A DNA stretch of 64,000 nt from an uncultured delta proteobacterium (GTDB lineage Bacteria; Desulfobacterota; Syntrophia; Syntrophales; UBA5619), in assembly GCA_963817385.1 (NCBI GenBank), contig CAWFOM010000015.1:1-64000 (forward strand), in the 5' to 3' direction. Shown one piece after another: positions 40,362 to 49,933 of this stretch. The translations under genes were made by a program, and so were the position numbers. Below the pieces are notes generated by a model. It was not told where the DNA came from. It was given only the letters and a program-made list of their open reading frames with translations, and searched no databases. How positions within the stretch are numbered: the stretch's first letter is position 1; the number at the start of each line of letters is the position of its first letter.

Positions 40362-40673
40362 TCAGTCGGGGATCTCAAGGTCAACAAGGGGGCCGAACAG
40401 CTGGCCGCCGAAACAATCGCCGTCCTCAAGGTCCCCCTGGGTAATGGGCCGAGGGATGGTGGCCTTGATGCCTTGGGCGGAGTCCACGCTGAAGATCTCC
40501 ACGTCGTCCAACGCCGTTCCATACAATCGGGAAAAAAGCTCGCGATTGATGACCCCCGAGTCCCGCACCCGGCGGTAATCCTCGAAGCGGTCGAACATGA
40601 CGTCGAAGGTCAGGGTGAACGGTCCCGCGTTCTTGCTTCTGATGAGTTGAGCGATATCTTTCAGCTTTGCCAT
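40362..40673 (-). CDS. DUF4387 family protein
   Basis: IRSKNAGPFTLTFD...D.FGGQ. Confidence 0.85.
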   Translation of the reverse strand: MAKLKDIAQLIRSKNAGPFTLTFDVMFDRFEDYRRVRDSGVINRELFSRLYGTALDDVEIFSVDSAQGIKATIPRPITQGDLEDGDCFGGQLFGPLVDLEIPD

Positions 40674-40697
40674 GGCTTCACTACCTCCAATTCGGTC

Positions 40698-42074
40698 TCA
40701 AAGTTTTACCATCTCCATGGGAAACATTTCGTAGGGATCGGCCGGCTCCACCAGATGGTTTACGTTGAAGCGGTACACCGGGCCCCGGTCGATCTGATGA
40801 GGACTGTGCGGGAAAGCAAAATTCGAGATGAGGCCCTTCCACTGGGGGATAGCCAGGTGCAGTCCCATATGGCAGGCGCTGCTCATGATGGACGTGGCCA
40901 TCTCCTGGGTCGGGGCGGTGACTTCCATGACGAGGCCCAACTCATGGGAACGGATCTCCTTCACCGTTTCCATCTGTCCCATGACCCCGTTTTGCCCGTA
41001 TACCCGTATGGTGAACACGTACCCCCCCCGCGAAAACTCCTCGCCGAACATCTCGGCGACCCGTTGGCGTACTCGTTCCCGAAAGCGGTCCAGGTAGTCA
41101 TCGATCTGCCCGATGAGCACCGGGTCGCGGATCCCTGCGAAAGTGACGGATTGATAGCCCGCTTTTTCCACGCCCTCAAGCTTGATGGTGTACGTTTTGG
41201 CCGGGACGAAGCGGGTTCCGGAGACCTTCACCGAGCGCTCGGTCACCGCCTCGTACCTTGCCTGGCTCGTGTCCACCATCCCTGAAGGTTCATAGAGGTG
41301 GATGGGACTGGCCGTCTCGTAAAAGGTATGGGAGGCGACACTCAGGGGGGTACAGATGTATTCGGGATTCGGGGGTTCCACGATGAACGAATCGCGACCG
41401 ATCCAGGCAAACATGCCGTCGGCCCGGCTTCTCTGGGCGACACACGCCGCCCCGCATTCAAGGATCTTGGCGGAATGCCATATCTGGGCAGGGGGGAACC
41501 CACGCTGGATCGGAATGGCCGAAAAAATGGAGGTATCGCTGGACCGTCCGGCAATCACGACCTCGGCCCCCTGATCGAGGGCCCGGATAAAGGGCTCGGC
41601 CCCCATCATGCCGACGATGTGCACGCTTCGATCGATGACCTCTTCGCTGTACGACGGCGCCGGTTTGAGAGGTCGGATCTTCCCATCACGCAGCTTTTTC
41701 TTCAGAAATTCCTTATCCTGCTCCGCGTGGATTATCGCCATGGTGAAGTGCAGTTTCTCCTCGCGGGCAATCTCCTTAACGATGTCGACAACCCATGCCA
41801 AGTTCGGGTCGGCCCCGGCCATACCCGCCGAGCCGGTCAGGAAGGGAATACCCCTGCTGCGGGCGGCCAATAAGGCCAAACGTAAATCCCGCTTTACCGC
41901 CGCCCGGGAAAATGCTCCTACTCCGCTTCCGAGGCTTGCGGCGCCGGCATCCGTCGAACCCGCATCGCACCCGATGAAATCCGGGTTCCACGACATCGCT
42001 TTCTTGAGACTGCTCTCCAGGTATCCGGACCCCAGCATGCCGGAAACAGATAAAACGCGTATCTCATCCGCCAT
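40698..42074 (-). CDS. AtuA/DUF1446-like protein
   Basis: GMLGSG, DAGSTD.G, GRSSD, KILECG, SVASHT.YE, GIRDP. Confidence 0.85.
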   Translation of the reverse strand: MADEIRVLSVSGMLGSGYLESSLKKAMSWNPDFIGCDAGSTDAGAASLGSGVGAFSRAAVKRDLRLALLAARSRGIPFLTGSAGMAGADPNLAWVVDIVKEIAREEKLHFTMAIIHAEQDKEFLKKKLRDGKIRPLKPAPSYSEEVIDRSVHIVGMMGAEPFIRALDQGAEVVIAGRSSDTSIFSAIPIQRGFPPAQIWHSAKILECGAACVAQRSRADGMFAWIGRDSFIVEPPNPEYICTPLSVASHTFYETASPIHLYEPSGMVDTSQARYEAVTERSVKVSGTRFVPAKTYTIKLEGVEKAGYQSVTFAGIRDPVLIGQIDDYLDRFRERVRQRVAEMFGEEFSRGGYVFTIRVYGQNGVMGQMETVKEIRSHELGLVMEVTAPTQEMATSIMSSACHMGLHLAIPQWKGLISNFAFPHSPHQIDRGPVYRFNVNHLVEPADPYEMFPMEMVKL

Positions 42075-42222
42075 CGTTGCCTCCTCTTCTCCTGTCATCC
42101 TGATTTTGAAGCTGCCTTACCATCAAATGCCGATTTTACGAACCGTTGCCTGACCATCGCGTACACGCTGACGAAAGTAGGTTGAAATGATTTTTGATAT
42201 GATATTGCTTTTTACCGGTCGG

Positions 42223-42251
42223 ACTATACGAAGAACGATATTGCGTGTCAA
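42223..42251 (-). promoter_or_regulatory. sigma70 promoter of the atuA-like operon
   Basis: TTGACA-17 nt-TATAGT on the - strand. Confidence 0.7.
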
Positions 42252-42520
42252 TAGAATTTCACCGTTGCTGGATGTCGGAAGCCGCAGGAGCTATTTTTCT
42301 TTTTGATGTTTTTTGGCCGTGAAGCCGTGTAGGGTTGAAACGGGCATGAATACTGCGTGGTTTTTGTCTGCCGCACCCGGTGCGGACGGGCTGAAAAATG
42401 TTCATTCCGGGGTGCACAACCGAAAATTTCATGGTATGATGGAAAAAAGAGGTTGTGATTTTACCTTCTGCGGCTTTCTGCCGATAGTGTTCGGAGGATC
42501 GGGTGATCAAGAGGGTATAG

Positions 42521-43294
42521 ATGGAAACGAAACTGCCTGCATCTCAATTGTATAATGCCTGTCATGTCCTCTTCGGATCGGAAATTAATGTTTCCGTTGA
42601 TTTCCTCCGGTATCTCGAGATGCCGGGGCTCAAGGCCGTATACCGGAAAAAGGCCCTGGAAACCCATCCGGATCGGGCCATGGCGCTTGCCTGCCAGTCC
42701 CCCGTTCTGGAAGAACGGTTCAAGGAGGTCAACGCCGCCTATCAGGAGCTTCGCGAATATCTGGAGAACCCTTGGCAGTTCACGTTGATCGATGATCGTT
42801 TCCGGAAAAGGCAGCATCACTCTTCCCAGAAGACGCGTTCCCGGCCAAGGGCGCAGGCGAACCGGAAGGATTCGCCTTTGGATGGGCTTTACTCCCGGTT
42901 TTTCGAGGGAACGATGCCGAAAAGGGAGCTGCTGTTCGGCCAATATGTCTATCATTACGGATACATCTCATACCGGCAGTTGATTGACGCCATTATCTGG
43001 CAGAAGTTCCAGCGGCCGCTGATAGGCAAGATTGCCGTGCGCTGGGGATGGCTTTATGAAGATGATGTCAGGCAGATCCTCAGGCAGCGGCAATGGGGAG
43101 AAAAGTTCGGAGAAGCAGCCTTGCGCGGCGGGTATCTGACGTCGGACAGGCTCCGGATTATTCTGATAAGGCAGCGCATGCTGCAACCCAGGATCGGCAA
43201 ATATTTCGTGGAGAAGAGGATACTCCCGGTTTCTCTCGTGGAAACCATGGCAGAGCAATCGCGCCGCCACAACCGGCAATACCGGTCCCGATAA
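42521..43294 (+). CDS. J-domain (DnaJ-like) protein with C-terminal MshEN-like repeats
   Basis: YRKKALETHPD...FKEVNAAYQEL followed by four G-x6-G helical repeats. Confidence 0.8.
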   Translation: METKLPASQLYNACHVLFGSEINVSVDFLRYLEMPGLKAVYRKKALETHPDRAMALACQSPVLEERFKEVNAAYQELREYLENPWQFTLIDDRFRKRQHHSSQKTRSRPRAQANRKDSPLDGLYSRFFEGTMPKRELLFGQYVYHYGYISYRQLIDAIIWQKFQRPLIGKIAVRWGWLYEDDVRQILRQRQWGEKFGEAALRGGYLTSDRLRIILIRQRMLQPRIGKYFVEKRILPVSLVETMAEQSRRHNRQYRSR

Positions 43295-43334
43295 CCTCCG
43301 GGGCCGCGATTGTTCCCGCCCCGATGAAATTCTA

Positions 43335-43363
43335 TTGACTCACCATCGCCGTTTTCATATACT
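43335..43363 (+). promoter_or_regulatory. sigma70 promoter of the cupin-ptsP-pfk cluster
   Basis: TTGACT-17 nt-TATACT. Confidence 0.65.
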
Positions 43364-43416
43364 CACGCCGCTTATAAATAACCTGTCTGGAAAGACGATA
43401 TCAGGAGGAGGACCCC

Positions 43417-43788
43417 ATGGAATACGTTCGCATGGTTGATTTCGCGGCCATCGATACAAGCGGCGCCGACGAGCGCGTGACCCAGAATCTGTTCGATCAC
43501 ACGTCGGGCGCCAAACACTGCACGATCAATTGCATCAAGACGCCTGTCGGCGGCGGTTCCCCGGCCGGTATGCACGTTCACGCCGTCGATCAGGTCTTCT
43601 ACATCCTGAAGGGCACGATGAGCATCGAGGTCGAGGGTAAGCAGTACGACTGCCGCCCGGGCTCGCTCATCGTCTTCCCCGCCGGCGTGCCGCACCGCAA
43701 CTGGAACGGCGGCAGCGCGCCGACCGTGCACCTGGCCTTTAATACGCCTCTGCCCGATCCCAACGTCCCCTTCGCGAAGTCGATCTGA
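43417..43788 (+). CDS. Cupin domain protein
   Basis: HVH..DQVFYILKG, FPAGVPH.N; AGGAGG RBS. Confidence 0.85.
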   Translation: MEYVRMVDFAAIDTSGADERVTQNLFDHTSGAKHCTINCIKTPVGGGSPAGMHVHAVDQVFYILKGTMSIEVEGKQYDCRPGSLIVFPAGVPHRNWNGGSAPTVHLAFNTPLPDPNVPFAKSI

Positions 43789-43816
43789 CGATCTCCGGGG
43801 ACAGGGAGATAACCGC

Positions 43817-46087
43817 ATGCGCAACACCGATCGCGATCATCTCAGCCTGCTCTACGATATCGGCGAACTCTCGGGGTTGATCCGCGAGAGCACGGATATC
43901 CCGAATCTGCTCGACCGTACCGTGACCATGATCTCCGAGCACCTCCAGGCGGAAGTGTGTTCGATCTACCTCTACGATGAACAGACCCGCGAGTTGGTCC
44001 TCAAGGCGACCAAGGGGCTTAATCCCGAAGCCGTGGAGAAGGTGCGCATGGCATACGGAACGGGGCTCGTGGGCGCCACGCTGGCGGGGTTGGAGCCGAT
44101 CATCGAAGGCGATGCGCCCAAGAGTCCGCGCTTCAAGTATTTTGCGGAGGCCCATGAGGATGCCTTCCGCTCCTTTCTCTCCGTCCCCATCCAGCACGGG
44201 GAGGTCCAGATCGGGGTCCTGGTCGTGCAGCATTCCACCCCGGATTATTTCGACACGGCCGACATACGGACCTTGCGGGCGGTTGCCTCTCAGCTGGCGG
44301 GCGTTCTCGAGAATGTGCGTCTGGTGATGGATCTCCGGGGACGCGAAGGGATATCGGATCACTCCGTGAAGGCGGATCTGGGCTTCGTGAAAGGCCAGGC
44401 TGCCTCGCCCGGCTTCGCCTATGGGCCCGCGGCCGTTTTCGACCGGAGCCATGTCCGGCTGCTCGAGACGGCGGATCTCCCCGATGCCACGGAGGATGAT
44501 TTCCACCGGGCCGTCGCCGCGACCGCCCGGCAGCTCGAGCATCTCCAGGAGCGGATCACCGAACGACTTCCCGAGAGCGCTTCCCTGATCTTCTCCGCCC
44601 ATTTCCTGATGCTCAAGGATGCCCAGTTCACCGATCGCATCGTGACGAAAATCCGGGCCGGAACGGCCGTATCGCAGGCGGTGAGGGAGGTGGCCCGGCA
44701 TTATATCGACCTCTTCGGAACGAGCCCCCACCTCTATCTCCGGGAAAAAGCCAAGGACATTGAGGATCTGACCGGGCGTATCCTGAAGAATCTTGCCGGT
44801 CAGTCCTGGGAGGACCGGGGGCTCTACGAGCGCCGGATCGTGATCTCCCCGGCTCTCTATCCCTCCGAGGTTCTCAAATTCGCGGCCGAAGGGGCGGCGG
44901 GCATCGTGCTGACCGAAGGCGGCGTGACCTCGCATGTCGCCATTCTGGCCCGCACGCTCGGCATACCCCTCATCATTGCCTCCCGACCCGAACTGCTGGC
45001 CCTCCCGCAGGATACTCCCATCCTCATGGACGCGGAGCTGGGCAATGTCTATGCCGATCCGGGTCCGGATATCGTCGAGCGCTTCCGGAGCGGCGATCAG
45101 GCGCGCCGGGCGGCGGCTTCGCATGCCGCGACCATGCTCTCCGAGACCAGAACCAGGGACGGGGCGAGAATTCACTTGCGGGCCAACATCAACCTCCTGA
45201 GCGAGGTCCCGATCGCCCGGGAACTCAAAGCCGAGGGCATCGGCCTGTACCGGACCGAATTTCCGTTCCTCGTCCGGTCGAGCTTCCCGGCGGAAGAAGA
45301 AGAGTACCGGGTCTACCGGCGTCTGTGCGAGGGCATGCCCGGCCAACCGGTGACCTTCCGGACCCTGGATATCGGGGGCGAAAAGGTGCCGGCCTACTGG
45401 GAGATCGCCAGTGAACCCAACCCCCAGTTGGGCTTGCGCTCCATCCGTTTCTCGCTTCGCCATCCCGAGCAGTTCATCCAACAGGTGAGGGCGATCCTGA
45501 GGGCCGGGGCAGATACCGAACGGTTGGGCATCATGTTTCCGATGCTCACTTCGCTGGACGAATTCATCCGCGCGCGGGAGCTCGTAGCCGACAGCCTCCA
45601 TGCCCTCGAGCGGGAGCGGCTGCCGCACCATGTTGCTCCGTCCCTGGGGGCGATGATCGAGGTGCCCGCCGTCGTGGAGATCATCGATGAACTCGCGGGG
45701 GCGGCGGATTTTCTCTCGATCGGTACCAACGACTTTGTCCAGTATCTCCTCGGCGTGGACCGCATGAACGACCAGGTGGCCTATGCCTACCGGCCCGAAC
45801 ACCCTTCCGTGCTCAGAACGCTCAGACGCATTGCCGACGCCGCCCGCCGTGCCGGCAAGGATCTGAGCGTCTGCGGGGAGATGGCCTTCGACCGGGATTT
45901 GATGCCGTTCCTGATCGGCATCGGCATTCAAGCGCTCAGCGTCGATCCGCATCATCTCCCGGCGCTCCAGCGGCGGATCGGCGCCCTCAGCCTTGGCGAG
46001 GCCGAGGCCTATGCCGCGCGGCTCCTTGCCGAGCCCACCCTTACGGGCGTGCAGGCTATTATCGGAGGTTCACTATGGCGAATGTGA
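43817..46087 (+). CDS. ptsP: GAF-containing PEP-protein phosphotransferase (EI-Ntr-like)
   Basis: N-terminal GAF; TSHVAILAR phospho-His, GLYRTEF, RTLDIGG, E.NP.LG.R, SIGTND, CGE. Confidence 0.93.
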   Translation: MRNTDRDHLSLLYDIGELSGLIRESTDIPNLLDRTVTMISEHLQAEVCSIYLYDEQTRELVLKATKGLNPEAVEKVRMAYGTGLVGATLAGLEPIIEGDAPKSPRFKYFAEAHEDAFRSFLSVPIQHGEVQIGVLVVQHSTPDYFDTADIRTLRAVASQLAGVLENVRLVMDLRGREGISDHSVKADLGFVKGQAASPGFAYGPAAVFDRSHVRLLETADLPDATEDDFHRAVAATARQLEHLQERITERLPESASLIFSAHFLMLKDAQFTDRIVTKIRAGTAVSQAVREVARHYIDLFGTSPHLYLREKAKDIEDLTGRILKNLAGQSWEDRGLYERRIVISPALYPSEVLKFAAEGAAGIVLTEGGVTSHVAILARTLGIPLIIASRPELLALPQDTPILMDAELGNVYADPGPDIVERFRSGDQARRAAASHAATMLSETRTRDGARIHLRANINLLSEVPIARELKAEGIGLYRTEFPFLVRSSFPAEEEEYRVYRRLCEGMPGQPVTFRTLDIGGEKVPAYWEIASEPNPQLGLRSIRFSLRHPEQFIQQVRAILRAGADTERLGIMFPMLTSLDEFIRARELVADSLHALERERLPHHVAPSLGAMIEVPAVVEIIDELAGAADFLSIGTNDFVQYLLGVDRMNDQVAYAYRPEHPSVLRTLRRIADAARRAGKDLSVCGEMAFDRDLMPFLIGIGIQALSVDPHHLPALQRRIGALSLGEAEAYAARLLAEPTLTGVQAIIGGSLWRM

Positions 46088-47280
46088 AGAGGAAAAAGGG
46101 GACCATCGGGATCCTGACGGGCGGCGGAGACGTCCCCGGCCTCAACCCGGCGATCCGGGCCGTCACCATCCGGGCCCTCCGCGAAGGTTTCAAGGTGATC
46201 GGGATTCGCAGGGGCTGGAAAGGACTGATATCCTGCGTTCGGGACAAGCAGGTCGTCCAGGAAGAGTGCTTCCAGATTCTCACGGAGGAGATTGTCAACA
46301 AAGTGGGCCGTACGGGGGGGACCTTTCTCCATACCTCCCGGACCCGGCCCAGCCACATCCCCCTGGGTGACATTCCCGACCATCTGCAGGGCCGATATAC
46401 CGATGCGGTTAATGACCTCACGCCGGAGGTCTTGAAGAATCTCGATTTTCTGGGCATCGATTATCTGGTCGCCGTCGGCGGGGACGATACCCTCAGCTAC
46501 GGCGTGCACCTGTCGGGAATGGGCGTCAAGATGATCGCCATTCCCAAGACCATGGACAATGATGTTCAGGGGACGGATTACTGCATCGGATTCAGCACCT
46601 GCATTACCCGGACCATTGAGATGACCCATTCGCTACGCACCACGGCGGGCTCTCACGAGCGGATCCTGGTGATCGAAGTGTTCGGGCGGTATGCCGGATT
46701 TACGGCCCTCTTGCCCACGATGGCGGGGGCGGCAAGCCGCTGCGTCATCCCGGAGTACCGGTTCAAGATCGATCGCCTGACCGAATTGCTGGTGATGGAT
46801 CGTTTCACCAATCCGAGCCATTATTCGGTTGCCCTGGTCTCCGAGGGGGCCATGTTCGATGAGGAGGAGATGGTCTTCGAGAAGGAGGAGCGGGACCAGT
46901 ACGGACACCGGAAACTCGGAGGCATCGGAGACCGGATATCCGCCCGGATCCAGGAGACGTCCGCTACGTTTAACGCCGGCAGGAAGATCAACGTCATCAA
47001 CCAGCGGCTGGGCTACCTGGTCAGGTGCGGAAATCCCGATGCCATCGACTCCATTGCCCCCATGGCGTTCGGAAACCTGGCCTTGAACCTGATTTTGAAC
47101 CGTTCCCACGGAAGGCTGGTCAGCCTGCGGAACGGCAGATACGGTGATGTCCCCATTGATGTGGTCACCAGCGCCAAGAAAGTGGTGAATATTAAAAAAT
47201 ATTACAACGGTGATCGCCTCTGTCCCTATTACGAGAGCTTTGACTCAAAACCCCTGTTCATCATGACCAGCGATTATTGA
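46075..47280 (+). CDS. pfkA: 6-phosphofructokinase, probably PPi-dependent
   Basis: TGGGDVPGLN, GGT.L.TSR, GGDDT, PKTMDND, LGY.VR.G. Confidence 0.9.
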   Translation: MANVKRKKGTIGILTGGGDVPGLNPAIRAVTIRALREGFKVIGIRRGWKGLISCVRDKQVVQEECFQILTEEIVNKVGRTGGTFLHTSRTRPSHIPLGDIPDHLQGRYTDAVNDLTPEVLKNLDFLGIDYLVAVGGDDTLSYGVHLSGMGVKMIAIPKTMDNDVQGTDYCIGFSTCITRTIEMTHSLRTTAGSHERILVIEVFGRYAGFTALLPTMAGAASRCVIPEYRFKIDRLTELLVMDRFTNPSHYSVALVSEGAMFDEEEMVFEKEERDQYGHRKLGGIGDRISARIQETSATFNAGRKINVINQRLGYLVRCGNPDAIDSIAPMAFGNLALNLILNRSHGRLVSLRNGRYGDVPIDVVTSAKKVVNIKKYYNGDRLCPYYESFDSKPLFIMTSDY

Positions 47281-47289
47281 GGAGGGTCC

Positions 47290-48387
47290 ATGAAGGAATT
47301 GTTTCAACCTGCGTCCATCCGTCAGATGAAGTTGGCGAACCGGTTTGTGCGATCGGCAACCTACGAGGGGCTGGCCGCCGCTGATGGCGCCTGCACCTTC
47401 CCTCTGATCGGTAAAATTGCCGACCTGGCCGAAGGCGGCGTCGGCCTCATCATCACCAGCCACGCCTTTGTGAGCCCCGAGGGCCGCGCACGACCGCGGC
47501 AGCTCGGAATCCACACGGACGCCATGATTCCCGGGTTGCGGAAAATGACGGAGGCCGTCCACGGGAAAGGCGGCAGGATCGTCATTCAACTGGCCCACGG
47601 GGGAGTCGAAGCCGACCCCGGGGTCGCCGGCCTCGAAGCCCTGGGACCCTCGGCCATTGCAAAGCCGGATGCTGCCGTCTCCCGGGAAATGGGCGCCGCC
47701 GACCTGTCCCGTATCGTGGAAGCCTTTGGTGATGCGGCGCTCAGGGCGAAGAAAGCCGGATTCGACGGCGTCCAGATTCATGCGGCGCACGGATACCTGC
47801 TGAGCCAGTTTCTCTCCCCCCATTTCAATAAAAGAACGGACGCTTACGGCGGCAGCCTCGAAAACCGGGCCCGTCTGCTCCGGGAGGTGCTGAGCAGCAT
47901 CCGCGCACGGATGGGAGGGGATTTAGCGGTCCTTGTCAAGATCAATTCGGATGATTTCCTTGACGATGGTTTCCGGCAGGATGAAATGATCCGTGTTTCG
48001 CAGATGCTCGAAACCGGGGGCGTCGATGCCATTGAAATCAGCGGGGGGACCCGCTATTCCGGAGACAAGATACCCAGCCGGATCGGCATTTCGAAAATCC
48101 GGGAAGATGAAGTCTATTACCGCGAAGCGGCCGCAGATTTCAAGACGGCGGTGAACGTCCCCTTGATACTGGTGGGGGGAATCCGATCGCTTCGCGTTGC
48201 GGAGGGCCTCGTCGATGAAGAAGTGGCGGACTACATCGCCCTGAGCCGGCCGCTGATCCGCGAGCCGCACCTGGTGCGGCGCTGGCAGTCCGCCGACCCC
48301 TCCGGGGCGACCTGCGTCTCCTGCAACCGGTGTTACCGGCCGATCCGGCGGGGCGACGGAATCGCGTGCGAGGCGGACAACCGGTGA
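47290..48387 (+). CDS. NADH:flavin oxidoreductase (Old Yellow Enzyme family)
   Basis: NRFVRSAT, QLAHGG, HAAHGYLLSQFLSP..N.RTD.YGG, CVSCNRC. Confidence 0.92.
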   Translation: MKELFQPASIRQMKLANRFVRSATYEGLAAADGACTFPLIGKIADLAEGGVGLIITSHAFVSPEGRARPRQLGIHTDAMIPGLRKMTEAVHGKGGRIVIQLAHGGVEADPGVAGLEALGPSAIAKPDAAVSREMGAADLSRIVEAFGDAALRAKKAGFDGVQIHAAHGYLLSQFLSPHFNKRTDAYGGSLENRARLLREVLSSIRARMGGDLAVLVKINSDDFLDDGFRQDEMIRVSQMLETGGVDAIEISGGTRYSGDKIPSRIGISKIREDEVYYREAAADFKTAVNVPLILVGGIRSLRVAEGLVDEEVADYIALSRPLIREPHLVRRWQSADPSGATCVSCNRCYRPIRRGDGIACEADNR

Positions 48388-49235
48388 ACAATCAGTCGCT
48401 CAATACGGCGCTGATAGTCGAAGGGGGCGCTCTCAGAGGAGTGTTCTCGACGGGGCTTCTTGACGGCTTTCTTGAAGCGCAATTCAATCCGTTCGACCTG
48501 TTCATCGGTGTTTCTTCGGGGGCCTCCAATCTTGCGGCGTACCTCGCCGGGATGATCGGCCGTAACGGGAGAATCTACAGGGAATACTCGCTCAGTCCCG
48601 AGTTCATCAGTTTCTCCAAGTTTTTGCAGGGAGGGCACCTGCTTGATCTGGACTGGCTCTGGGAGGTAACGATCAGGGAAATCCGCCTTGACCTGGGGAC
48701 CGTTTATTCCCGAGGAAAACCCTTCATCGTCGTCATGACGGATGTGCAGACGGGCGATGCCGTCTACCAACTTACCAGCGCCGGGGATCTCGAACAGATT
48801 CTCAAGGCTTCCAGCGCGATGCCGCTTTTGTACCGTGGTTATCCGAAGGTAGGGGGACGTCCGATGACGGACGGCGGGGTGGCGGATGCGCTTCCGGTGG
48901 GGGAGGCGATCCGGCGCGGCGCCCGCCGCATTATGGTCGTTCGCTCGCGGCATCGGGATTACCGGAAACGCACCGGCCCGGCCGAATATGTGATGCGCTG
49001 GCACGTGCGACAGCACCCCCAGCTGCGACAGGCGATGGCGAAGCGCGTTCGGCGTTACAATGAAGCGGTGGCGTTTATTCGCAAGCCGCCGGACGGCGTT
49101 TCGATCATCGAAATATGTCCGCCGGAAAACTTTCGCGTGTCGCGACTCAGCAAAGACCGCCTCATCCTTCAGGAAGGGTACGAGCAGGGTCGCGCCCTGG
49201 CGGGGGAGGCAATGGACCTCTGGAAAAGAGCGTAA
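48384..49235 (+). CDS. Patatin-like phospholipase (YjjU-like)
   Basis: EGGALRG, GVSSG, DGG; GTGA overlap with the upstream gene. Confidence 0.9.
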   Translation: MNNQSLNTALIVEGGALRGVFSTGLLDGFLEAQFNPFDLFIGVSSGASNLAAYLAGMIGRNGRIYREYSLSPEFISFSKFLQGGHLLDLDWLWEVTIREIRLDLGTVYSRGKPFIVVMTDVQTGDAVYQLTSAGDLEQILKASSAMPLLYRGYPKVGGRPMTDGGVADALPVGEAIRRGARRIMVVRSRHRDYRKRTGPAEYVMRWHVRQHPQLRQAMAKRVRRYNEAVAFIRKPPDGVSIIEICPPENFRVSRLSKDRLILQEGYEQGRALAGEAMDLWKRA

Positions 49236-49341
49236 AGATGGTATATGATGCTTGGTGAAAAAATAGATAAGCAGGTTCGACGCCTGCAGCGGTCATTGGG
49301 AAATCGGGTGTCATGGGTGTTTGAATGAAAGAGGAGGATGT

Positions 49342-49815
49342 ATGAAAAGAGTATTGGTATTGATTGTGGCGTTTGTGTTTTGCTTGACGGCTTCCGTATT
49401 TGCTCAGGCCACCGCGGATAAGGCCGAGAAGAAGGGCGTGAAGGAAACGGTGAAGGAGGATGTAAAGGCAGCAAAGAAAGATGCAAAGGAAATGAAGGAT
49501 GCGGTTAAAACGGAAGTGAAGGAACAGGCAGCCGAGACAAAGGAGTCTGTGAAGGAAGTCAAGAAGGCGGCAAAGGATAAGAAGGCCCCTGCGGCAAAGG
49601 CCGAGAAGAAGACCGTGAAGGAAACGGCGAAGGAAGATGTAAAGGCAGCAAAGAAAGATGCAAAGAAAATGAAGGAGGGAGTCAAAAAAGAAGTGAAGGA
49701 GCAGACAGCGCAGACAAAGGAGTCTGTAAAGGAAGTAAAGAAGGCGGCAAAGGAAGATGTAAAGGAAGTAAAGAAAGCCGTCTCGAAGGATGCTCCTGCC
49801 GCGGAAAAGAAGTAG
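49342..49815 (+). CDS. Secreted Lys/Glu/Ala-rich repeat protein
   Basis: AGGAGG RBS, signal peptide ending VFA, 177-bp internal duplication. Confidence 0.8.
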   Translation: MKRVLVLIVAFVFCLTASVFAQATADKAEKKGVKETVKEDVKAAKKDAKEMKDAVKTEVKEQAAETKESVKEVKKAAKDKKAPAAKAEKKTVKETAKEDVKAAKKDAKKMKEGVKKEVKEQTAQTKESVKEVKKAAKEDVKEVKKAVSKDAPAAEKK

Positions 49816-49831
49816 TGTTTGCAACACGTTC

Positions 49832-49875
49832 GGCCGGGAATCCGGAGAGTGAAGCCATCCTCCGTATTCCCGGCC
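49832..49875 (+). terminator. Hairpin after the Lys-rich gene (possible terminator)
   Basis: GGCCGGGAAT.CGGAG...CTCCG.ATTCCCGGCC; no adjacent U tract. Confidence 0.45.
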
Positions 49876-49933
49876 AAGCCCCCCTGTTTCGGACGGATTT
49901 CCTTTTTCCCCCTGATCAAACAAGGAGGATAAT

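Noticed and set aside
43739..45955. Long antisense ORFs (also 2158-3804, 6857-8314, 34648-36222, 60413-61756, 62188-63546)
   Set aside because: Shadows of GC-rich genes on the opposite strand, with no recognisable motifs.
49271..49295. tRNA T-arm-like hairpin GCAGG-TTCGACG-CCTGC
   Set aside because: No D arm, anticodon arm or acceptor pairing upstream and no CCA; at most a fragment.
49420..49800. CRISPR-like periodicity
   Set aside because: The repeats are in-frame coding repeats without unique spacers, and there are no cas genes.
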